64,000 bases of DNA from an uncultured Desulfobacter sp. (GTDB lineage: Bacteria; Desulfobacterota; Desulfobacteria; Desulfobacterales; Desulfobacteraceae): NCBI GenBank assembly GCA_963665095.1, contig OY762069.1, positions 5,024,001 through 5,088,000 of the forward strand, read 5' to 3'. A model generated the notes under the pieces. The model searched no databases. It was not told the origin of the DNA and saw only the letters and a list, made by a program, of their open reading frames with translations. Each line of letters starts with the position of its first letter. Position 1 is the stretch's first letter. Positions 49,669-59,159 of the stretch are shown here, in pieces. Both the position numbers and the translations under genes were made by a program.

Positions 49669-51396
49669 ATGAATATTCTTGGAGTTCGGTATGGTCACGA
49701 TTCCGGTGCTGCGCTGGTCGTGGATGGGAAGGTTGTTGCCAATGTTTCGGAAGAGCGCCTTACGAGGATTAAACATGATACTTCTTTTCCGATCAGATCT
49801 ATTGCGCTTTGCCTTGAACTGGCCGGAATCAATTCTGAGGAAATAGATTGCCTGGCAATTCCAAGTAACTCCATTCCAGAAGCTTTTTTTACTTTTTTTT
49901 CCATTCCTCAAAGTATTGTTCCCACTGGTGTTATTTCAATAAAAGGGAAAATTGAGGGGTATATGAAAAAGGGCCTTAGAATTGCTGAACCCAATGTCCC
50001 GATACTGCCCCTTTATCAAAAACCACTGGTGCTTTCCCCTAAATGCAGAATTCATCTGTGTGAGCATCATCGTGCTCATGCGGCATCTGCCTATTATTCC
50101 TCTGGGCTGGCTGGAGAAAAGGCGTTGATTGTGACCATGGACGGCATTGGAGAAAATGTTGCTGTTGCTTTCTGGAAAGGCGAAAAGGAATCAATCTCCT
50201 CTTTAATGAAAATGGATGGTGGGGCCTCCCTGGGATATTTTTACAGTAATGCAACAGAAGCCATGGGATGGCGGCATGGCAGCGGAGAATGGAAAGTGAT
50301 GGGGCTTGCGCCGTACGGAACTCCCCAACCAGACGCATTAAAAGGTTATTATCCGGAATTTGAAAATGGCAAACTTGTCAAACCGCGTATTTACGGCAGT
50401 TTTGGAAGATGGAACGACCATGGGGCAAACCACTACCACGGTCGCGATGCCGCACCGCTTGAAACTTTTGTAAAAAAGCTTGGCAGAGAGAACTTTGCGG
50501 CCGAAGCCCAGCGAGTTGTCGAAGAAGAGGCATTTAAGCTGATCCTTCCATGGATAAAAAAAGAGAAAACCCGTCATCTTTGCTGTGCTGGTGGATTTTT
50601 TCTTAATGTCAAGTTTAATCAAAAACTTTGGTACACCGGTGAGCTTGACACCCAGTGGGTTTATCCTGATTGTGGTGATTCCGGTCTGCCTGTGGGTGCT
50701 GCTTTTGATGCTTATTATTCCAAGTATGAAGCTCAACCTATTGAAAGAATGTCGCATCTCTATTTTGGACCTGAGTTTTCCAATGATGAAATAAAGCAGA
50801 TTCTGGATGATCGGTGCTTAAGCTATCAATATACAACAAACCCGGCAAAAGATACGGCGAAATATCTGAGCGACAACAGGGTTGTCGGGTGGTTTCAGGG
50901 TCGGATGGAATCAGGACCAAGAGCCCTTGGCAATCGTTCCATTCTTATGAGTCCCCTTAACGCGAATAATAAAGATATTATAAATGCAAAGGTTAAATAC
51001 AGGGAAAAATTCAGGCCGTTCTGTCCTTCTCTTCTGTACGAAAGAAGGGATGATTATCTGGTAAGCGCCAGGGATGAGTTTTTTATGGTTACTTCTTTTG
51101 ACGTGAAGGAAAACAAAAAAGACAAAATACCTGCTGTTGTTCATGTGGACGGTACTGCAAGGCCTCAGATGGTCCGGAAAGAAGTTAACCCCCTTTATCA
51201 CCAGTTGATTGATGAATTCGAGAAAATTACAGGAGAGGGGATTATTCTCAATACGTCTTTTAATATCCGTGGGGAACCCATTGTCTGTAATCCCCGTGAA
51301 GCCATCCGCTGCTTTTATGACACTGGGTTGGATGTGCTTGTCCTTGGCAATTATATTATCGAAAAGCCCATGCTGAAAAATAACAACGTAGAATGA
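49669..51396 (+). CDS. Carbamoyltransferase (NodU/CmcH family)
   Basis: GHDSGAAL..SEER, EHHRAHAASA, KVMGLAPYG, GPRALGNRS, HVDGTARPQ, LNTSFN. Confidence 0.93.
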   Translation: MNILGVRYGHDSGAALVVDGKVVANVSEERLTRIKHDTSFPIRSIALCLELAGINSEEIDCLAIPSNSIPEAFFTFFSIPQSIVPTGVISIKGKIEGYMKKGLRIAEPNVPILPLYQKPLVLSPKCRIHLCEHHRAHAASAYYSSGLAGEKALIVTMDGIGENVAVAFWKGEKESISSLMKMDGGASLGYFYSNATEAMGWRHGSGEWKVMGLAPYGTPQPDALKGYYPEFENGKLVKPRIYGSFGRWNDHGANHYHGRDAAPLETFVKKLGRENFAAEAQRVVEEEAFKLILPWIKKEKTRHLCCAGGFFLNVKFNQKLWYTGELDTQWVYPDCGDSGLPVGAAFDAYYSKYEAQPIERMSHLYFGPEFSNDEIKQILDDRCLSYQYTTNPAKDTAKYLSDNRVVGWFQGRMESGPRALGNRSILMSPLNANNKDIINAKVKYREKFRPFCPSLLYERRDDYLVSARDEFFMVTSFDVKENKKDKIPAVVHVDGTARPQMVRKEVNPLYHQLIDEFEKITGEGIILNTSFNIRGEPIVCNPREAIRCFYDTGLDVLVLGNYIIEKPMLKNNNVE

Positions 51397-51532
51397 CAGT
51401 TGATAATAGAGCCAGCTCAGGGGATATCGAACATTGGCTGAATGGCTGATAAGCCTGAGTTTGGCAGGTTCTGTAAATTTGATCTGCACTTGGGCTAATG
51501 ACATTGATTAATAGTTATAGAGTTTAAAAGTT

Positions 51533-52306
51533 ATGATATTAAAAAAAAATAAGAACGTCGATATAAGTGAAAATAATATAATTGTAGCATACCCTAGAAC
51601 CGGGAGTTCATGGCTTTATCAAATGATTGTAAGGTTGTGGTGGATGAGTAAGTATAATGAAGATTGTTTTGAAAAGATTGGTATTGAGTTTAATCCGGAA
51701 GTAAGAGGAAAACTGGATTTTACAAAAACCCATTTTTTTGATCCTCACTTAAAACAACCTAAAGAAATTGTAATTCCCTCTCAAACTTATGCGCAAAAAA
51801 AGGTGATATTTCTATTTAGAGATCCGCGGGATACAATTGTCTCGCTTTATCATTTTAGAAAAGATAGAAGAAAAAATTATTCATCTTCTATTTCTTCTTT
51901 TATCAGGGAGAAGAAGGGCGGGATTGATTCGCTTATAACGTTCTATTCTATCTGGTTTGATTATCAAAAAAAATACCCCGATTCTGCCATGTATTTAAGC
52001 TATGAAATGTTGCATAAAAATACTCATAAAGAGTTAAATCGGTGCATGGATTTTTTAGGTATTAACTGTGATGCTGATTTCCTTTGCAATACTATAGAAC
52101 TTTTTTCGTTTAAACAGTCGTTTTCAAAAGAGATGGAGAATCCTCATAGAGGAACAGAAGTTGGAAATGTCAATTCTTTCCACAACAGGAAGGGAGTGGT
52201 TGGTTCTTATGAACAGGAACTGGACAAGGAATCAATTTCTTATTTGAACAAAAAATTAGAGCCGATTAAATTTTTTCAAAAACATTATATGGGGATTAAT
52301 GTTTAG
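51533..52306 (+). CDS. Sulfotransferase domain protein
   Basis: YPRTGSSW, RDPRDTIVSLYHF, RKGVVG. Confidence 0.88.
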   Translation: MILKKNKNVDISENNIIVAYPRTGSSWLYQMIVRLWWMSKYNEDCFEKIGIEFNPEVRGKLDFTKTHFFDPHLKQPKEIVIPSQTYAQKKVIFLFRDPRDTIVSLYHFRKDRRKNYSSSISSFIREKKGGIDSLITFYSIWFDYQKKYPDSAMYLSYEMLHKNTHKELNRCMDFLGINCDADFLCNTIELFSFKQSFSKEMENPHRGTEVGNVNSFHNRKGVVGSYEQELDKESISYLNKKLEPIKFFQKHYMGINV

Positions 52307-52352
52307 TTAGAGAGTCGAAATGCCCACTGCTTGAAAAGGATAACAGGATCGC

Positions 52353-53459
52353 GTGACCATTGATTTAAAAGAAACAGCCCAGGGTGTAGGATCTTGGCTG
52401 GATCAGATGGCTGACGGATTGGAACCCGGAAGGTTCCGTTTTTGTAGCAAAGGCTCTCTGGTTCCGGTTAGAGGCAAGGCTGGACTTATGGCTACATGCT
52501 TTGCGATGAGAAGTGCTTGGCAGTCCGGGATCTGGGACAAATGGCAGCAGGATAGAAAAGAGGCCTGTGTTCGGTTTATTCAATCCTTTCAACAGAAGGA
52601 CGGTTTTTTCTATGACCCGTGGCTGAATAGAAAAGCAGGAATTAGTCTTGAAACTATCGTTAATCTTTTGCTGGGAAGGGTTCCTATAAATATTTTGTAT
52701 CAGCAGAAAAAATTAAATATGCGTGCGGAAACCCGTCAATGTATAGGAGATCTATTTAACGTTGGTGAAAAATCGCTATCCCCTGCCCCTATTGAATATC
52801 CAGATCCTTTAAGTTTTCAAAAATATATAAGGACGCTTTCCTGGACCCAGCCTTATTCTGCTGGGAGTCATTTGAGCCACCTGATGTGTTTTCTTGCCGT
52901 AAATAAGGAATATTTCCCTCCCACGGAGAATTGCGATTTTATGATAAGTGAAATTTTAAAATTGTTATCCGAATTATATGATGAGGAAACCGGAACATGG
53001 TTCCTGGGAAAACCTGAGAACGTATTTAAAATCAATGGGGCTATGAAAATTCTTTCAGGCCTGCAATGGCTTGGACAAAAATTGGACAATCCTGAAAAAC
53101 TGATAGACTTTGCATTGGCCCAGCCTTTTCAAAATGACGGTTGCGGGATGTTGAATCGCCTGTTTGTTTTGCAACAGGCTGGTAAGAGTGCCCCAGAGGG
53201 ATACCGCTATAGGGAGATTCAAAAGATCGCTTCCCGCGCCCTTGCCTCCGTTCAAGAATTCCGAAATTCAGATGGTGGGTTTTCATTTTATAAGCATAGA
53301 AGCCAGCCTTCTTATTATGGTGCAAAAGTCTCTAAAGGGCTTGATGTCAGTGACCTTCATGGAACAGCCATGATGACCTGGGCTATTGGTGTTTCCCTGG
53401 ACCTTCTTGGCGAAAACGCGCCTGATGGCGCTGAAAACTGGCATTGTCATCGCGCCTGA
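52353..53459 (+). CDS. Hypothetical protein, possible alpha/alpha-barrel (prenyltransferase-like repeats)
   Basis: Repeated FIQSFQQKDGFF, YDEETGTW, FRNSDGGFSF motifs. Confidence 0.5.
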   Translation: MTIDLKETAQGVGSWLDQMADGLEPGRFRFCSKGSLVPVRGKAGLMATCFAMRSAWQSGIWDKWQQDRKEACVRFIQSFQQKDGFFYDPWLNRKAGISLETIVNLLLGRVPINILYQQKKLNMRAETRQCIGDLFNVGEKSLSPAPIEYPDPLSFQKYIRTLSWTQPYSAGSHLSHLMCFLAVNKEYFPPTENCDFMISEILKLLSELYDEETGTWFLGKPENVFKINGAMKILSGLQWLGQKLDNPEKLIDFALAQPFQNDGCGMLNRLFVLQQAGKSAPEGYRYREIQKIASRALASVQEFRNSDGGFSFYKHRSQPSYYGAKVSKGLDVSDLHGTAMMTWAIGVSLDLLGENAPDGAENWHCHRA

Positions 53460-53493
53460 TAATTATAACTTTCTAAAATGATCCACACCTGTT

Positions 53494-54318
53494 TTGGAAA
53501 AATATTTTGATATTTTGAATACTCGCCTTGTTTTCATCGGAAACAAGGCGAGTGAAACGTTTTGGAATTCCCATTGGGAGAAACAGGATATTAGACAACT
53601 TGTCAAATCCGCCGTTTTCAACCGATTGATTCTTGGTCCGACAAGGAAATATCTGCCTCAAGGTGGCAAAATTCTGGAAGGCGGGTGCGGCCTGTGTCAG
53701 AATGTCTATTCTTTACATAAGAACGGATACGATACCTATGGCGTTGATTATGCCATGGAAACGGTGAGGCGGGTCAATGAGGCCATGCCGGAATTGAAAG
53801 TGTTCCGGGGCGATGTGCGCCATCTGGATTTTGATGATGACTATTTTGAAGGATACTGGTCCCTGGGTGTCATTGAGCATTTTTATTTAGGGTATGACGA
53901 TATTTTAAAAGAGATGAGCAGAGTGACCAAAGCTGGGGGCTATGTTTTTTTGACGTTTCCTTGTATGTCTCGTTTCAGGCAAACGAAAGCAGGACAGTCA
54001 AAATACAGACCCTGGTCTGCGGATCATGCTCTGATTGAGAATTTTTACCAGTTTGCTTTGCCTGTTAAAGAGGTCGTTGCAAAATTTTTAAATATGCGGT
54101 TTTCTCTTGTTCAAAGCCTTCCTTTGGGTGGGCTTAAGGGGTTTAAGGATGAGATTGAATATGCCCCATTGAACAAGGTTCTTCAAACACTGTATGACTC
54201 AACATCCTTTCCTTTTAAGGCACTTGCATGGGGGCTGGATCGTGTTTTGGCTCCATATGCAGGGCACAGCCGGCTTTTGGTTTTTAAAAATATGAAAAGC
54301 AATTCTTCCAATGGTTAG
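53494..54318 (+). CDS. Class I SAM-dependent methyltransferase
   Basis: ILEGGCG, GVDY, GDVRHL, SLGVIEHF. Confidence 0.88.
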   Translation: MEKYFDILNTRLVFIGNKASETFWNSHWEKQDIRQLVKSAVFNRLILGPTRKYLPQGGKILEGGCGLCQNVYSLHKNGYDTYGVDYAMETVRRVNEAMPELKVFRGDVRHLDFDDDYFEGYWSLGVIEHFYLGYDDILKEMSRVTKAGGYVFLTFPCMSRFRQTKAGQSKYRPWSADHALIENFYQFALPVKEVVAKFLNMRFSLVQSLPLGGLKGFKDEIEYAPLNKVLQTLYDSTSFPFKALAWGLDRVLAPYAGHSRLLVFKNMKSNSSNG

Positions 54319-54997
54319 AGAAGGGCTTCTTAAAATTCTAAAACATCGTCGGTTGGTAAAGTTGTTTTTAAACCTGTCTTTAAAGGGTCATAATATCTGT
54401 TATCAGCTGGCAGGGATGTTGAGCGCTGAACTTGAAAAAGACGGGCTTCATCCTAAGCACAGGTTGATGAAATACCACGACTGGTTCATGTCAAAGCTTC
54501 AAAAAGATTGGGCAGTCCTTGATATTGGCTGCGGAAACGGCGCACTGGCTTATGATATGAAATCAGTCTGTCGGTCTGTGGTAGGCATTGATATAGATCC
54601 CGGTAATATACGCCGGGCAGAAAAGCAGCATGCCAGGCCAGGGATTACTTATATATGTGCGGATGCGTTGACTTATCCTTTTGAACTAAAATTTCAGGCG
54701 GTTGTCCTTTCCAACGTGCTTGAACATATTCAATTTCGGGTGGAGTTTTTAAAGCAGATCTTTGCAGGGCAGGATTGTGAATCTCCGCCGGTGCTTCTTC
54801 TCAGGGTTCCGATGATGACAAGAGACTGGATTACCCTGTATAAAAAAGAGCAGGGGATTGAGTGGCGTCTGGATCATTCTCATTTCACAGAATATACCCT
54901 TGAGCAGGTGTTTGATGAGGTGTCTAAAGCAGGTCTTGTGGTGGCGGAATATGATATCCGGTTTGGGGAGTTTTACGGGGTTGTAACAAAGGATTAA
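54311..54997 (+). CDS. Class I SAM-dependent methyltransferase
   Basis: VLDIGCGNG, GIDID, SNVLEHI. Confidence 0.88.
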   Translation: MVREGLLKILKHRRLVKLFLNLSLKGHNICYQLAGMLSAELEKDGLHPKHRLMKYHDWFMSKLQKDWAVLDIGCGNGALAYDMKSVCRSVVGIDIDPGNIRRAEKQHARPGITYICADALTYPFELKFQAVVLSNVLEHIQFRVEFLKQIFAGQDCESPPVLLLRVPMMTRDWITLYKKEQGIEWRLDHSHFTEYTLEQVFDEVSKAGLVVAEYDIRFGEFYGVVTKD

Positions 54998-55004
54998 TTT
55001 TTAG

Positions 55005-56090
55005 ATGAAAAAAGCACTTGTAACCGGGATCACAGGCCAGGATGGGGCTTATTTAGCCAAGCTTCTTCTTGATAAAGGATATGAGGTACACGGAATCAAG
55101 CGGCGTGCGTCGCTGTTTAATACGGATCGCATAGACTATCTTTACCAGGATCCACATTTGGAAGATCGCCGTCTGATCCTTCATTACGGAGATCTTACTG
55201 ACGCAACCAATATTATTCGTATCTTGCAGCAGGTCCGGCCGGACGAAGTATACAATCTGGCAGCCCAAAGCCATGTCCGGGTATCCTTTGAGTCTCCCGA
55301 GTACACAGCAGACACGAATGCTCTGGGCACTATGCGAATCCTGGAAGGTATACGTCTTTTGGGCCTGGAAGGGAAAACCCGGTTTTACCAGGCTTCTACT
55401 TCTGAACTGTTTGGCAAAGTCCGGGAAACACCTCAAACTGAAGAAACGCCATTTTACCCCCGCTCCCCTTATGCATGTGCAAAACTTTATGCGTATTGGA
55501 TCACGGTTAATTACAGGGAGGCCTATGGCATATATGCCTGCAACGGCATTCTTTTTAATCATGAATCACCTGTCCGGGGAGAAACGTTCGTTACCCGGAA
55601 AATTACCCGGGCTTTGAGCCGGATTTATCTGGGGATGCAGGATTGTTTATACCTGGGCAATCTTAATGCATTACGGGACTGGGGCCATGCAAAAGATTAT
55701 GTTGAAATGCAGTGGCTGATGCTTCAGCAGGAGCATCCGGATGACTATGTTATTGCCACCGGTGAACAGCATTCCGTCCGGGAGTTTGTGGCGTTGTCTG
55801 CCAAAGAACTAGGGATGGCGATTGAGTGGCAGGGAACAGGGGTGGATGAAAAAGGAATCAATCCGCTAAACGGCAAAACGATTGTGGCTGTGGATCCACG
55901 TTACTTCAGACCCACGGAAGTTGAGACGCTTTTAGGCGATCCCTCCAAGGCAAAAAGAAACTTGGGATGGGAACCGAAAATCAGTTTTGAACAGCTGGTC
56001 AGGGAAATGACATTGTCTGATTTGGAAGAAGCCAGACGGGATGAACTTTGTCAAAATGCCGGCTTCCAGGTATTTGTCCAAAATGAATAG
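55005..56090 (+). CDS. gmd: GDP-mannose 4,6-dehydratase
   Basis: [46 protein letters not shown]. Confidence 0.97.
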   Translation: MKKALVTGITGQDGAYLAKLLLDKGYEVHGIKRRASLFNTDRIDYLYQDPHLEDRRLILHYGDLTDATNIIRILQQVRPDEVYNLAAQSHVRVSFESPEYTADTNALGTMRILEGIRLLGLEGKTRFYQASTSELFGKVRETPQTEETPFYPRSPYACAKLYAYWITVNYREAYGIYACNGILFNHESPVRGETFVTRKITRALSRIYLGMQDCLYLGNLNALRDWGHAKDYVEMQWLMLQQEHPDDYVIATGEQHSVREFVALSAKELGMAIEWQGTGVDEKGINPLNGKTIVAVDPRYFRPTEVETLLGDPSKAKRNLGWEPKISFEQLVREMTLSDLEEARRDELCQNAGFQVFVQNE

Positions 56091-56098
56091 AGAACGGG

Positions 56099-57115
56099 TT
56101 GGAAATGAATAAATCAGACAAAATTTTTATAGCCGGGGCCACGGGTATGGTTGGCAGTGCCATTATTCGAAATCTTGCTGCAAAAGGATTTAACAACCTG
56201 ATAGGATCCATTCATTCAAGGTCTTTAGATGAATTTAAAAATCTTCCAATCAGACTGGTGTCGATGGATCTTAGAAAGCAGGCAGATGTCAGCGAATTTT
56301 TCCAGGCGGAAAAACCTGCGTATGTCTTTCTGGCGGCTGCCAGGGTTGGCGGTATTCACGCGAACAATACGTATCCTGCTGAATTTATATACGATAATCT
56401 TGCTATGCAGAATAGTATTATCCATTCGTCCTACGAAAATCGGGTTGAGCGACTGCTATTTCTGGGATCGTCCTGCATATATCCGAGAGAAGCACCCCAG
56501 CCTATGAGGGAGGAATACCTGCTGACAGGACTTTTAGAGCCTACCAATGAACCTTACGCCCTTGCCAAGATTGCCGGCATAAAAATGTGCGAAGCCTACA
56601 ACAGGCAGTATGGCACCAGATATCTCGCCGTGATGCCTACGAATCTTTATGGCCCGAATGATAATTTTGATCTTGATAATTCCCATGTGCTTCCTGCACT
56701 GATTCGCAAATTTTACGAAGCAAAAAAAGCAAAGCAAAAGCAGGTTGTGCTCTGGGGGACCGGATCCCCTCGAAGAGAGTTTCTCCACGTGGATGACCTG
56801 GCTGATGCGGCTGTACATGTCATGATGCTCTCTCATAACGTTGTGGACAAGCACCTGGCCTGTTACCCCGCCCCTTGTTTTGTCAATGTCGGTACAGGAA
56901 TTGACTGCAGTATCAGAGAGCTGGCTCAGATGATCAAAAAGATAGCAGGGTTTGACGGGAATCTTGTTTTTGATTTGGATAAACCGGACGGCGCACCTCA
57001 GAAGTTGCTTAATGTGGATCGATTATCACAGTTAGGCTGGTCAGCGACTATCCCCCTGGAAGAAGGTGTTAGAAATACCTATCTGGGGTATCAGCACATC
57101 TGTCTTAAATCCTGA
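56099..57115 (+). CDS. fcl: GDP-L-fucose synthase
   Basis: AAARVGGIHAN, LGSSCIYP, YALAK, MPTNLYGP, SHVLPALIRKF. Confidence 0.95.
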   Translation: MEMNKSDKIFIAGATGMVGSAIIRNLAAKGFNNLIGSIHSRSLDEFKNLPIRLVSMDLRKQADVSEFFQAEKPAYVFLAAARVGGIHANNTYPAEFIYDNLAMQNSIIHSSYENRVERLLFLGSSCIYPREAPQPMREEYLLTGLLEPTNEPYALAKIAGIKMCEAYNRQYGTRYLAVMPTNLYGPNDNFDLDNSHVLPALIRKFYEAKKAKQKQVVLWGTGSPRREFLHVDDLADAAVHVMMLSHNVVDKHLACYPAPCFVNVGTGIDCSIRELAQMIKKIAGFDGNLVFDLDKPDGAPQKLLNVDRLSQLGWSATIPLEEGVRNTYLGYQHICLKS

Positions 57116-57147
57116 TTTCAAATTATTATACTTCTTATTCCATAGAT

Positions 57148-58341
57148 ATGTCATCGTATCACCATGCAAAGGCTGCAGTGTTCAGCCCATTTCATCTTTT
57201 GGTTTTTTTTACCTATGGAAACTGCCTTGGGACATGGGCTGATGCAGGACTTTTAAGCAGAGAACTTCTGCTTTATAAAAAAATGGTAGCGCGTGGGAAC
57301 CGGGTTACCCTGCTGACCTATGGAACAAACCGGGATTATCAATATGCAAGGGAGCTTGAAGGAATTGATGTCATACCGGTATATGCATTGTTTAAAAAAA
57401 GTAAAAACAAATGGATTAATTTTTTTAAGTCTTTTCTCTTTATTTTTCATCCAAGGTTAAAAGGAGTCATTAAAGACGCGGATGTTATTAAAACCAACCA
57501 GATGTTTGGCGCCTGGTTGGCCATTCTGGCTGCAAAGTTTTATCAAAAACCCCTGGTTGTCCGTTGCGGTTATGAGATGCTTAGAAATATGACACGAGGC
57601 GAGAGAAAGTTGTTAAAGCGCCTGGCTAATTTTTTTTGGGGTTATTTGCTTGAGCTGGCAGCCTATTTATCCGCAAACCAAATCATTATTTCAAGTGAGT
57701 CAGATTGCCAGTTCATTCATAGGATTTTTCCGGTTAATAAGTGTAAAATTTCTGTGATTAGAAATTTTATTGATACAGACCAGTTCCAGGCAGATTTGAT
57801 GGAGTCAAATGCCCGTATTGATAAACGCCTTCTTTTTGTCGGTCGTCTAGAACCCTGCAAAAATTTAGAGAGCCTTATCAAGGCTGCGGAAATGGCAGGC
57901 TGGCAGCTGGATATTATCGGAAAGGGTGTTTTAGAAGGGCCTTTGAAAGCAATGGCTGAAAACCATAAATATCATGTTAAATTCTTAGGACTTTTTGAAA
58001 ATAAGGAAATACCGTCAGTTATCAAAAAGTATCAGTTTTATATTCTACCCTCTTTTTTTGAGTGCAGCCCTAAAAGCCTTTTAGAAGCAATGTCTTGCCA
58101 AAGAGTGGTAATTGGAACAGATGTTGATGGTATAAAGGAAGTAATAAGAGATGGAGAGTCTGGGTTTCTGTGTAAGACAGATTCTTTATCCATTTGCCAG
58201 ACGCTTCATAAAATATTTAATATGCCTGAAGATATGCTTGTGAAAATCGGTTGCAAGGCCAGACAGTTTGTGGTGGATCAGAGTTCCTTGGATAGTGTCT
58301 ACAAAAAAGAGATGAACATTTATAATCAATTGTTGTCATGA
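57148..58341 (+). CDS. GT4 glycosyltransferase
   Basis: FVGRLEPCKN, ECSPKSLLEAMSC. Confidence 0.88.
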   Translation: MSSYHHAKAAVFSPFHLLVFFTYGNCLGTWADAGLLSRELLLYKKMVARGNRVTLLTYGTNRDYQYARELEGIDVIPVYALFKKSKNKWINFFKSFLFIFHPRLKGVIKDADVIKTNQMFGAWLAILAAKFYQKPLVVRCGYEMLRNMTRGERKLLKRLANFFWGYLLELAAYLSANQIIISSESDCQFIHRIFPVNKCKISVIRNFIDTDQFQADLMESNARIDKRLLFVGRLEPCKNLESLIKAAEMAGWQLDIIGKGVLEGPLKAMAENHKYHVKFLGLFENKEIPSVIKKYQFYILPSFFECSPKSLLEAMSCQRVVIGTDVDGIKEVIRDGESGFLCKTDSLSICQTLHKIFNMPEDMLVKIGCKARQFVVDQSSLDSVYKKEMNIYNQLLS

Positions 58342-59147
58342 ACAGCTGGTGCGAATTATCCGTTGTCATGTCGGTTTATAACGGCCAGGACCATCTTGAA
58401 GAAGCGATTGACAGCATCCTGAATCAAAGCTTTACTGATTTTGAGTTTATTATTATCAATGATGGCTCTACAGATAAAACAAGGAAAATTCTTGATGAAT
58501 TCGCAGCACAAGATTTTCGAATCAGGGTTATTCACCAGGAAAATTCAGGACTTGCCGTTTCATTGAATCGGGGAATTCGAATGGCTCGGGGAAATTTTAT
58601 TGCAAGGCAGGATGCAGATGACGTCAGCCTGCCGGAGCGTTTGGAAAAACAGATGACGTTTTTACAATCCAATCCCCAGGTGGTTTTGTGCGGTACCTGG
58701 TTTTTAGAGAACAATCAGGACAAGGGTCAAATGATAAGAAAATACCCCTTGGATGATCAGACTCTGAGGAAATATATAAATTACGTAAATTTTTTCTGCC
58801 ATCCTTCTGTTATGTTTTTAAAGGAAGCCTTTATCAAATCAGGCGGATACGATGAACAGCTCCCCACAGGACAGGATTTTGAGTTCTGGATGCGTCTGTG
58901 TCGGTTCGGAGAGGTAAGAAATATTCCCCAAGTCCTAATCAAAAAGCGCATTGGTTTCGGTCAGGCCATTTCTTGGCAGCAGCGGAGCCGGAAGCTTGAG
59001 CTGTGGCAGCTCATTTTCAGAAAACACTTTAAAAAGTGGAGTAGAATAAATATAGTTTTATTTGTCCGCTTTTATCTCCCCCTCCTTGTCTACCAATATA
59101 TACCAGTTCCCATATTGAAGCTTGTTCGTGCCATAAGATATCGATGA
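58338..59147 (+). CDS. GT2 glycosyltransferase (soluble type)
   Basis: VMSVYN, NDGSTD, RQDADD, QDFEFW. Confidence 0.9.
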   Translation: MNSWCELSVVMSVYNGQDHLEEAIDSILNQSFTDFEFIIINDGSTDKTRKILDEFAAQDFRIRVIHQENSGLAVSLNRGIRMARGNFIARQDADDVSLPERLEKQMTFLQSNPQVVLCGTWFLENNQDKGQMIRKYPLDDQTLRKYINYVNFFCHPSVMFLKEAFIKSGGYDEQLPTGQDFEFWMRLCRFGEVRNIPQVLIKKRIGFGQAISWQQRSRKLELWQLIFRKHFKKWSRINIVLFVRFYLPLLVYQYIPVPILKLVRAIRYR

Positions 59148-59159
59148 TGTGTATTTAAC

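Noticed and set aside
39389..51549. Phase-variable homopolymers (9-nt T/A runs at about 39389, 43911, 51541)
   Set aside because: Such runs are expected in AT-rich DNA, frames are intact, and there are no long G/C tracts.
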